Shown here piece by piece: positions 22,591 to 30,557 of a stretch of DNA of 64,000 nucleotides (the first letter of the stretch is position 1; each line of letters opens with the position of its first letter). Source of the DNA: Vulcanimicrobiota bacterium (GTDB lineage Bacteria; Vulcanimicrobiota; Vulcanimicrobiia; Vulcanimicrobiales; Vulcanimicrobiaceae); NCBI GenBank assembly GCA_963777315.1, contig CAVZQC010000002.1, positions 512,001 to 576,000 of the forward strand, written 5' to 3'. The translations under genes and the position numbers were made by a program. A model generated the notes under the pieces. It saw nothing but the letters and a program-made list of their open reading frames with translations. It was not told the DNA's origin and searched no databases.

Positions 22591-23316
22591 ATGAAGCTGG
22601 CGTGCTCGAGCACGGCGTTCGACGAACTCTTGCGGAGCGGCGAGCTCACCCAGCTGGAGTGGATCGATCTCTGCGCGCACGACGTTGCAGCGGACGGTTT
22701 GGTGTTCGACGTGCGGCATTTTCCGCGCACCGACGCAGACTACCTCGCCCAGCTCAAGAAGATGGCCGTCGACTTGGGGCTGACCGTGGCGGCGCTGCGC
22801 GACGAGGCGTTTTTCGGCGCCGAACGCAGCGGCATGGAATCTTCGCTCGACATTGCCGCAGTGCTGGGGGCGCCGTTGCTTTCCGCTGTGCTGCCCGCGC
22901 AAACCGCCGTCGATTGGAACGGCGTGCGCGCGAGTCTGAGCCGGGCGACTTCGCTGGCCAAACGTTTCAACATAACCCTAGCCGTTCGCAATGCTGCGGG
23001 AACGTTTGCGGCGAGTACGCTGGACATGAAGCGAATATCGAAGGAGGCGGACTCGGCGTGGCTGCGATACGCTCCGGAATTCGCAGCCTTCGATGCTGCA
23101 AGCGACCCCGCCGCGCTGCTCGCAAAGATCGTGCTGGTTTGGCAGCAAGCCCAAGCGCTGCCGGTTCCGTCCGGGCCGCCCGAGGAATTCTGGCCGCGTT
23201 ACAGGGGATTCGTCGCACTCGACGCGGCAGGCGGCAATGCCGACGCGACGTCGATGAAAAACGCCGTTCGCGCGTGGCGAAAGACGCTGCGGGAATCGTA
23301 CGCCGACCGCACGTAG
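22591..23316 (+). CDS. Xylose-isomerase-like / AP endonuclease 2 TIM-barrel protein (divergent)
   Basis: MKLACSS...YLAQLKKMAVDLGL...AAVLGAP...YRGFVAL pattern of that fold. Confidence 0.6.
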   Translation: MKLACSSTAFDELLRSGELTQLEWIDLCAHDVAADGLVFDVRHFPRTDADYLAQLKKMAVDLGLTVAALRDEAFFGAERSGMESSLDIAAVLGAPLLSAVLPAQTAVDWNGVRASLSRATSLAKRFNITLAVRNAAGTFAASTLDMKRISKEADSAWLRYAPEFAAFDAASDPAALLAKIVLVWQQAQALPVPSGPPEEFWPRYRGFVALDAAGGNADATSMKNAVRAWRKTLRESYADRT

Positions 23317-23485
23317 CGTCTTCCGCACGAGGTTTGAACCTGCGTTCTCGCAGGTGGGTGCGGCCCGGGCGCCGGTACGGCAACCGCGATGGTCGGCCAT
23401 GCCGTCGTGACCGGAGCTGATGCTCCCTAGGTTCTCTCGTTGGTCCAGCACCTATGGTGCGGTGCGCGCTGCGCGCAGTCGACGC
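23300..23485 (-). ncRNA. ssrS: 6S RNA
   Basis: 186 nt; closing stem GCGUCGACUGCGCGCAGCG / CGCUACGUGCGGUCGGCGU; GACC..GGGAGC on the 5' side and CACCCACCUGCgagaacGCAGGUUCAAA on the 3' side, as in Bacillota-type 6S RNAs. Confidence 0.88.
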
Positions 23486-23490
23486 TCCTA

Positions 23491-23499
23491 ACTGTACCA
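23491..23499 (-). promoter_or_regulatory. Extended -10 promoter of the 6S RNA
   Basis: TG-G-TACAGT 5 nt upstream of the predicted 5' end. Confidence 0.55.
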
Positions 23500-23555
23500 C
23501 CGCGGGTCAAGGGTTCGAGCTCTTGACGGGAGCGGCTGCGTCGTGATTGGGCGGC

Positions 23556-23999
23556 ATGGCGATTACCATTCCGGCATGCGCGCGCGCCGACTTCTCGCTC
23601 GCTCGAGCGTATCTGTGCCGCGATCCACAGGAACGCCGGCTCTTCGAACGCTTGCAGCACGGTTCGCGCCTCTTCCATCTGCAAATCAACCATCGAAACG
23701 ACGATCGCTTCGAGCCGTCGAACGGCACCATCGCATGGGATCCTTATAGCGCGCTGCGCACGTCGCAAGGCGGCAGGCAATCTCCCGCACTCGGCCTGGG
23801 TCACGAGATCGCTCATGCGGTGGAACCGCCGTCGCGTCAGGCAGCACTGAGCGCCCGCAGCGTGCCGGGTTACGATACGTTGGAGGAACGCAGGGTGATC
23901 CGCGGTTCGGAGCGGCATGCGGCTCGCTCGCTGGGCGAAGCCTGCCGTACCGATCATCGCGGCACGACGTATCGCGTGGCAACGCCTGTTTCGCGATGA
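23556..23999 (+). CDS. Small HEXXH zinc metalloprotease-like protein (M91/NleD-like)
   Basis: SPALGLGHEIAHA followed by EERRVIRGSE...LGE..R..H. Confidence 0.7.
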   Translation: MAITIPACARADFSLARAYLCRDPQERRLFERLQHGSRLFHLQINHRNDDRFEPSNGTIAWDPYSALRTSQGGRQSPALGLGHEIAHAVEPPSRQAALSARSVPGYDTLEERRVIRGSERHAARSLGEACRTDHRGTTYRVATPVSR

Positions 24000-24012
24000 A
24001 CCTGGTGGGTAC
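23988..24012 (+). promoter_or_regulatory. SigB/SigF-type promoter
   Basis: GTTTCG-N13-GGGTAC, 24 nt upstream of ATG 24037. Confidence 0.6.
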
Positions 24013-24036
24013 ACCGGGGGCACACGACGTGAAAAC

Positions 24037-24249
24037 ATGCTTGACGACGATCGCGAACGTCTAACGGGCCGGCCCAGCGACTACGGCGGCCGCAGCCTGT
24101 CGGACGAAGAACGGCGCCGAACCGAACGGGGCGAAATCGGACGCACTGCCGACGGCGATCCGCAAAAGGAGCGCGGCACGGCTGATTCGGCGAACGCCGG
24201 CGACCCCGGCGACGAGGAGTCGCCGCAGGACGACCTTCCAACGGCCTAA
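24037..24249 (+). CDS. Small acidic, hydrophilic (probably disordered) protein
   Basis: 70 aa MLDDDRERLTG...EESPQDDLPTA, rich in D/E/G/R. Confidence 0.6.
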   Translation: MLDDDRERLTGRPSDYGGRSLSDEERRRTERGEIGRTADGDPQKERGTADSANAGDPGDEESPQDDLPTA

Positions 24250-24376
24250 AGGCGCAGCGGCCGGCTCAGACGTCGTTACTCGTTTCTGCTATAAGTGATT
24301 TGCAGCTTGCCGCCGCGCGCAAGCGGTTCGGCCCGCGCCGTCCAGGACCTCAACCTGTGCGGTGGAATGTCGTTTC

Positions 24377-25396
24377 ATGCCGCTTTCGCTGACGCTGAGC
24401 GAACTCGAACTCGAGCTCGTCCATCCTTTCCGGATCGCTAGAGGTACCGAAGAGGTCGCGCGGACTGCCGTTTTTCGCTTGATCTGGAACGATTTGGAAG
24501 GCCTGGGCGAATCGGTGCCGATCGCGCGTTACGGCGAATCGGTCGAAAGCGTCGTCGAATACTTTCAAGCACATTCGCTGCGAGCGCAGGACCCGTATCT
24601 GCTCGACGAGCTGCTCGTCGACGACATTCCGCCCGCTGCGCGCTGCGGTTTGGACATCGCGCTGCACGATCTGATCGGCAAGGATTGCGGAAAGCCGCTC
24701 TACCGGCTGTTCGGATTGGAACCGAGCAAGACGCCGGTGACGTCGTTCACGATCGGCATCGCCGATCCCGAAACGACGCTGCGCAAAGTAGCCGAGCTCG
24801 GCGATCATCCGGCGATGAAGGTCAAGCTCGGGGCGGGCACCGTCGCAGAGGAGATTGCGACGATCGAGGCGATCCGGTCGCGCTACACGGGTACGATTCG
24901 CATCGACGCCAACGAAGGCTGGAGCGCCGAGCAAGCGGTACAGGTGCTCGACGAGCTGCGCCGCTTCGACATCGAGTTTTGCGAACAGCCCATACCGGCC
25001 GGGCACCCCGAGCAGCTGCGCTACGTCCGGGAACGTTCGGCGATCCCGATCGTCACCGACGAAGACTCGCTGTGCGCGGCCGATCTGCCCGCATTGTACC
25101 GCTGCGTGGACGGCGTCAACGTCAAGCTCGCCAAAACCGGCGGTCTTCGCGGCGCGATCGCGATGATCCACGCCGCGCGCGCGCTCGGCATGAAGATCAT
25201 GTTGGGATGCATGGTGGAAAGCCAAATATCCGCAACCGCGGCAGCCCACATTTCGCCGCTCGTCGACTGGGCCGACATCGACGGCCCGTTCCTGACCAAA
25301 GACGATCCGTTCACCGGTATTTCTTACGATCGCGGCAAGATCGTTTTGCCGGAAGGCGCGGGTTTGGGCGTGCGCGAGAAAAGCGCCGTTGCATAA
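24377..25396 (+). CDS. L-Ala-D/L-Glu epimerase family (enolase superfamily; DgcA-like)
   Basis: PFRIARG, KVK, DANEGW, EQP, DED, NVKLAKTGG, MLGCMVES, DIDG. Confidence 0.9.
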   Translation: MPLSLTLSELELELVHPFRIARGTEEVARTAVFRLIWNDLEGLGESVPIARYGESVESVVEYFQAHSLRAQDPYLLDELLVDDIPPAARCGLDIALHDLIGKDCGKPLYRLFGLEPSKTPVTSFTIGIADPETTLRKVAELGDHPAMKVKLGAGTVAEEIATIEAIRSRYTGTIRIDANEGWSAEQAVQVLDELRRFDIEFCEQPIPAGHPEQLRYVRERSAIPIVTDEDSLCAADLPALYRCVDGVNVKLAKTGGLRGAIAMIHAARALGMKIMLGCMVESQISATAAAHISPLVDWADIDGPFLTKDDPFTGISYDRGKIVLPEGAGLGVREKSAVA

Positions 25397-26459
25397 ACGC
25401 CGCTATCTGGTGCTTGTGCCGGGACGCTTCAAAGACGACGCCAAGACCGCGCACGGCGTCATTCGTTACGGTACCGACGAAACCGCAGCGGTGGTCGACC
25501 CGTCGTGCGCGGGATCGCGCGTTCGCGACGTGCTCGCATATCTGCCCAGCGATGCGCCGATCGTTTCGACGGTAACTCAAGGCCTTGCCTACAAACCGAC
25601 CTCGCTGCTCATCGGCACCGCGCCCAAAGGCGGAGAGCTGCCGCCCGAATGGCGCGCCGAGGTGATGACGGCGCTGCGTGCGGGTCTGGAGATCGTCAGC
25701 GGACTGCACGAGATGCTCGGCGACGATCCCGAATTCGCGCGAGCTGCCGCGCAGCACGGCACCCGCATTTGGGACGTGCGACGGTCGCCCCAGGTTCCGA
25801 TCTTCACCGGACAAGTGTACGGCGTGGCGGCGCCGGTTGTGCTGGCGGTGGGCAATGACTGCGCCGTGGGCAAGATGACGGTGATGCTCGAGCTGGTGCG
25901 AGCTGCCGCCGCAAGCGGTAAACGAGCGGAATTCGTGCCGACGGGTCAGACCGGGATCGCGATTGCCGGTTGGGGGATCGCGGTGGACCGGGTCATCTCG
26001 GATTTCCTCACCGGTGCCTGCGAGCAGATCGTTCTGCAGGCCGCGCGTGCGCAGCCCGATTACATCCTGGTCGAAGGACAAGGCGGCATCAATCACCCGG
26101 CGTACGCGCCGGTGTCGCTGGGACTGATGTTCGGCACGGCGCCCGACGCTTTGCTGCTGGTCGCAGATCCCAAGCGCAGCCGAATCGAAGTCTTTGAAAC
26201 GCCGATCCTTTCGTACCGCGAGCTCGTCGACGTCCATCAAACGCTGTGCGCGACGGTAAAGCCCGCTCCCGTCGTCGGACTTGCGCTCAATACGCACGGA
26301 CTGTCTGAAGAGCGCGCGCGCGCAGAGATTGCGCGCGCGGCTGCGGAAACGGGCCTGCCCACGGACGACGTCGTCCGTTTCGGGCCGCGCGCGCTGTGGG
26401 ATGCCGTTGCGCCGCAATTGCGCAAACGCTCGCCTCTTTCCGCCCAGGTGATTGCATGA
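25389..26459 (+). CDS. DUF1611 family P-loop protein (DgcN-like)
   Basis: AKTAHGVIRY, SGLH, GNDCAVGKMT, TGQTG, VEGQG..HPAY. Confidence 0.88.
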   Translation: MHKRRYLVLVPGRFKDDAKTAHGVIRYGTDETAAVVDPSCAGSRVRDVLAYLPSDAPIVSTVTQGLAYKPTSLLIGTAPKGGELPPEWRAEVMTALRAGLEIVSGLHEMLGDDPEFARAAAQHGTRIWDVRRSPQVPIFTGQVYGVAAPVVLAVGNDCAVGKMTVMLELVRAAAASGKRAEFVPTGQTGIAIAGWGIAVDRVISDFLTGACEQIVLQAARAQPDYILVEGQGGINHPAYAPVSLGLMFGTAPDALLLVADPKRSRIEVFETPILSYRELVDVHQTLCATVKPAPVVGLALNTHGLSEERARAEIARAAAETGLPTDDVVRFGPRALWDAVAPQLRKRSPLSAQVIA

Positions 26460-28084
26460 ACGTTCGCAAGCTGTCCGCAATCGCGCTCGGCTTGGGTCTG
26501 ATGCTCAGCGCGTGCACGAAAACGCAGCCGGCCCACGGCGCCGGTGGGCGCAATCCCTGGACCATCCCGGGCGTCCTTCGCGTCGGCAATCCCGACGAAC
26601 CCGACAACCTCAATCCGATGTTCGCGCATACGGACGCCACCGATCAAGTCGCCGGTCTCATCTACGCGAGCTGGCTGCGGTACGACGACGACGGCAACTA
26701 CATCCCGGACCTCGCCACGCAGGTTCCAAGCTACCGGAACGGCGGCATCGGCAAAGACGGCAAAACGATCACCTTTCACATGCGCCGCAACGCGCGCTGG
26801 TCGGACGGCGCGCCCGTAACGGTGCAGGATTGGGTCTTTACCTATCACGCGGTGATGAATCCGGCCAACAACACGAAGACGCGCTACGGGTGGGATGAGA
26901 TCGTTTCGGTGCGCACGCCGGATCCGTACACCCTGATCGTTCGCATCAATAAAGTCGATGCTTCCATTCTGGGATTGTTCGGCGTGGCAGGCGGCGCGGC
27001 ATATCCGCCGCTTCCCGCGCATCTGCTCGCGAAGCTTCCGAACATCAACCGCGCGTCGTTCAACGGCCGGCCGATTTCGAGCGGTCCGTACGTTTTGCAG
27101 CAGTGGAATCACGGCGCGTCGCTGGTGTTCACGCCCAATCCATACTATTTTCGCGGGCGTCCCAAGCTGCGCAAGATCGTGTGGAAGATCATACCGAACG
27201 TCAACACCCTTTTCGCGCAGCTCCAGACCCATGAAGTCGACGTGTACATCGGCGTAGACGAGAACGACATCGCGCGCCTTCCGGACGTGCGCGGCATTAC
27301 GGTAACCAAAAAACTGATCGCGAACTGGCGGCACATGGGCATCAACACGAGCCGCCCGCAGCTGAGCGATCCGCGCGTCCGCCTTGCGCTGGTGCAAGCC
27401 GTCGACTGGAAGCGCATCAACGATACGGTGTACCACGGCTACAACATGCCTGCGGTGAGCGACGTGTATCCCAAGCTGTGGGCGGCGCCGGCAATCGCGC
27501 CGTATCCATACGATCCGGCCGGCGCAAAACGGCTGTTCGCGCAAGCCGGCTGGACGCTCGGGCGCGACGGCGTTCTGCACAAGGGTGCCCTCGCAATGCA
27601 CATCACGATCTCCACCAACACCGAGAAGCAAGAAAACCAGCAGGCCGAGGTGCAGATCCAAAGCCAGCTGCGTCCGTACGGGGTCGACGTGGCGATTCGG
27701 AACTATCCGACCAGCCTGCTTTTCGCCCAAGACGGGCCGCTGTACGGCGGAAAGTACGATCTCGAGTGGAGCATCGAGACCAACGGCCCCGATCCGGACA
27801 ACCGCGGGCTTTGGAACGGCAAATTCATTCCTCCCAACGGCGCCAACACGCTGTGGCTGAACGATCCAATCGTCAACCGCACCTCGGAACTGGCCAATTC
27901 GACGTTCGATAGAGCCAAACGCAAAGCGTACTATCAGCAGGAAGAAGAACGCATCCACCAATTGGTACCGTCGCAGTTCTTTTATTGGGAGAACGAATAC
28001 GTCGCAGCCAACAGCGATGTGAAGAACCTGCGCCCTGCCGCGTTCATCCAGGACACGTGGAACTCGTGGCAGTGGGATATTTGA
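26456..28084 (+). CDS. Peptide ABC transporter substrate-binding lipoprotein (family 5)
   Basis: Lipobox LSAC, PDLATQVP, TITFHMR..ARWSDG.P.T, SGPY. Confidence 0.9.
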   Translation: MNVRKLSAIALGLGLMLSACTKTQPAHGAGGRNPWTIPGVLRVGNPDEPDNLNPMFAHTDATDQVAGLIYASWLRYDDDGNYIPDLATQVPSYRNGGIGKDGKTITFHMRRNARWSDGAPVTVQDWVFTYHAVMNPANNTKTRYGWDEIVSVRTPDPYTLIVRINKVDASILGLFGVAGGAAYPPLPAHLLAKLPNINRASFNGRPISSGPYVLQQWNHGASLVFTPNPYYFRGRPKLRKIVWKIIPNVNTLFAQLQTHEVDVYIGVDENDIARLPDVRGITVTKKLIANWRHMGINTSRPQLSDPRVRLALVQAVDWKRINDTVYHGYNMPAVSDVYPKLWAAPAIAPYPYDPAGAKRLFAQAGWTLGRDGVLHKGALAMHITISTNTEKQENQQAEVQIQSQLRPYGVDVAIRNYPTSLLFAQDGPLYGGKYDLEWSIETNGPDPDNRGLWNGKFIPPNGANTLWLNDPIVNRTSELANSTFDRAKRKAYYQQEEERIHQLVPSQFFYWENEYVAANSDVKNLRPAAFIQDTWNSWQWDI

Positions 28085-28090
28085 ATCCCG

Positions 28091-28957
28091 GTGCTCGCGA
28101 TGCAGACCGGCGTCGAGCAAGGCGCGACGCTCACGTTCGAACCCACGCGCGAAGGCGTGCTGAGCTGGAATACGCTCAGCCCGGCCGGAGCGATTGCGTT
28201 CCGGCTGCTGCGCGCGCACGCGCCGGCAACGCCTTGGCTGCAGTACGCGCGGTGGAGCGAACAAGGCCGGCAATCGTTTAGCCCCGAGCACGGGGGCGTT
28301 CGCGTCGACGTCGACGTCGTCAAGAGCCGGCAGCCGTTCGACGGAATCGAAGTTCGCAGCTCCGGCGTGCGGTTCAACGCCCTGGCGTTTGCTGCGCCCG
28401 TGCCCGCGCGCCCATCGATGCCGTTCATCGGCGAAGCGCGCATTCTCGACGTGCCCGCGCTTTCGCAATACGTCGTCGAGGGCGAGCGCGGCTGGTGTTC
28501 TCCCACGAGCCTTGCAATGCTTCACGCCTATTACGGTTTGGAACACGACGTGCCCGCTACGGCGCGCGCCGTGTTCGACCGGGCGTATAACGGCACGGGG
28601 AATTGGGCGTTCAACGTGGCTTTCAGCGGAAGCTTGGGACTGCGCGCGGCTGTGGTCTATTTGCGCAATCTTCAGCACGCGCAGCGTCTGATCGAGTCCG
28701 GCATACCGCTGGCGATCTCGTACAGCTGGGCGCCCGGCGAGCTGCCGCGCGCGCCGCTGGAACACTCCGACGGTCATCTGGCGGTTTTGTGCGGGTTCAC
28801 CCGGAACGGCGATTGCGCGATCAACGACCCGGCTGCGCCGAACGTGCGCGTCGTGTACTCGCGAGCCGCTCTCGAACGCGTTTGGCAGCGCAACAACGGC
28901 GTTGCGTATGCGGTCGCGCCGGTCGGGCTCGACTTTGCGCCGATCTGCAATTCATGA
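28091..28957 (+). CDS. Peptidase C39-like family protein
   Basis: VPALSQ..WCSPTSLAM, GNWAFN, DGHLAV, INDP catalytic Cys-His-Asp. Confidence 0.85.
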   Translation: MLAMQTGVEQGATLTFEPTREGVLSWNTLSPAGAIAFRLLRAHAPATPWLQYARWSEQGRQSFSPEHGGVRVDVDVVKSRQPFDGIEVRSSGVRFNALAFAAPVPARPSMPFIGEARILDVPALSQYVVEGERGWCSPTSLAMLHAYYGLEHDVPATARAVFDRAYNGTGNWAFNVAFSGSLGLRAAVVYLRNLQHAQRLIESGIPLAISYSWAPGELPRAPLEHSDGHLAVLCGFTRNGDCAINDPAAPNVRVVYSRAALERVWQRNNGVAYAVAPVGLDFAPICNS

Positions 28958-29466
28958 CTCAGCCGCAGGATCGCGTGGACTGCAGCGTACGGGACGATGC
29001 GCCGCTGCACATCGCTTTGGTCGAACCGCAGATTCCGCCCAACACCGGCAACGTCGCGCGGCTGTGCGCGGCCACCGGCTGCCAACTGCATCTGGTCGCG
29101 CCGCTGGGCTTTCGCATCGACGACCGCGAGCTCAAGCGCGCGGGCTTGGATTACTGGCGGCACGTGAGCGTCGCGGTGCACTCCGATCTCGCTGCGTTTT
29201 TGGCCTCGACGGGACACTTAGAACGCTGGTATCTGTCCACGCGCGGATCGCGCCGTTACGCGGACGCGCCGTTTTCGCCGGGGAACGTTCTCGTCTTCGG
29301 CAAGGAGACCCAAGGCTTGCCGCAATCGCTCCTCGATTCCGATCCCGGGCATGCGCTGCGCATTCCGCAACGTGTGGGCGCGGTTCGCAGTATCAATCTC
29401 TCCACGGCTGCTGGGATCGTGGCTTACGCGGCGCTGGCGCGCATGGGCTTTCCGGGGTTGTCTTAG
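28954..29466 (+). CDS. trmL: tRNA (cytidine(34)-2'-O)-methyltransferase
   Basis: PQIPPNTGN, RAGLDYW, FGKETQGL, RSINLS. Confidence 0.93.
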   Translation: MTQPQDRVDCSVRDDAPLHIALVEPQIPPNTGNVARLCAATGCQLHLVAPLGFRIDDRELKRAGLDYWRHVSVAVHSDLAAFLASTGHLERWYLSTRGSRRYADAPFSPGNVLVFGKETQGLPQSLLDSDPGHALRIPQRVGAVRSINLSTAAGIVAYAALARMGFPGLS

Positions 29467-30180
29467 TGACGGTACCGGAATTCGATGCTCTGCAGCGTGC
29501 CGTGGTGCGCTGCACGAAATGTCCGGAATTGCGCGCCTACTGCAGTGGCGTTGCCGACCAGAAAAAGCGCGCGTACCGCGACTGGACGTACTGGGGCAGA
29601 CCGGTTCCGGCGTTCGGCGATCCGCTCGCGCGTCTGATGCTGGTGGGGCTCGCGCCCGGCGCGCACGGGAGCAATCGCACGGGGCGGATGTTCACCGGCG
29701 ACTCGTCCGGCGATTTTCTTTATCCCGCACTGTATCGCGCGGGCTTCGCAAGCCGGCCGACGGCGCTCGCGGCGGACGACGGTCTGCAACTGCGCGATTG
29801 CATCATCACCGCGGCGTTGCGGTGCGCTCCTCCGCAGAACACACCCACGCGCGAGCAACTGCGGCGCTGCTTTTCGTACCTGAAACGCGAGATGCGGATG
29901 CTGCCGTGCGTGCGGGTAATCGTTGGGCTGGGCGCTGTCGGTACGAAGGCCGCGCTCGACGCGCTGGCGAGCAACGGCTTTCATTTCGAACCCGCCCGTC
30001 CGCGCTTCGCGCATGGCGCCGAGATTTCGGCGCGCAAAGGCAAGCGCGACGTCGTGGTTATCGCTTCATTTCATCCCAGCAGACAGAATACCAACACCGG
30101 AAAGCTGACCGTCCCGATGTTCGACGCGATTTTTACGCGCGCCCGCGAATTGCTCGACGGCTTTAGTGGAAGTAGCTCGA
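29466..30180 (+). CDS. Uracil-DNA glycosylase family 5 (UdgB); reads through to 30317 as given because of a probable 1-nt insertion at 30178
   Basis: CTKCPEL, GLAPGAHGSNRTGRMFTGD, RCAPPQN, HPS; removing C30178 gives AGC TGA. Confidence 0.88.
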
Positions 30181-30523
30181 CGCGTCCGCAGGAATCGACG
30201 GCTTTGTCGGGGATCATCAGGCCGCCCGAGCCGGACCGGAAGCCCACGATCCGCACGGCCGGCGCATTGGCGCCTGCAGGCCCGTACTTGGCTTCGAGGT
30301 CTTTGAGCGCGTCGTGATCCTGCTCGACGTTGTGCGTGCTCTGCGCGAGCACGTATTGCTGCACCGCGCCGTTCTTGGCGAAAAGGACGCGATACACGAC
30401 GCCGTCTTTAGAAAACGTCGCTTCGCCGCACGATTGATCTCCTTGCGCACGCGCGTGCGGCAGCGCGACGGCGAGCAAGCCGGCGGCCAGCACCAGGGCC
30501 CCGGCAAAAATCCGGAATCGCAT
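30163..30523 (-). CDS. Secreted hypothetical protein (reads to 30071 as given; corrected end ...CGRVSYFH*)
   Basis: Signal peptide MRFRIFAGALVLAAGLLAVALPHARA; two Cys; the same single-base removal restores its stop. Confidence 0.65.
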
Positions 30524-30557
30524 CTGCCATCTCTATCGGCTCGTTCCGGCGCGTACT

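Noticed and set aside
26237..28777. 846-aa minus-strand ORF
   Set aside because: Antisense shadow of well-supported + strand genes in GC-rich DNA; no recognisable motifs
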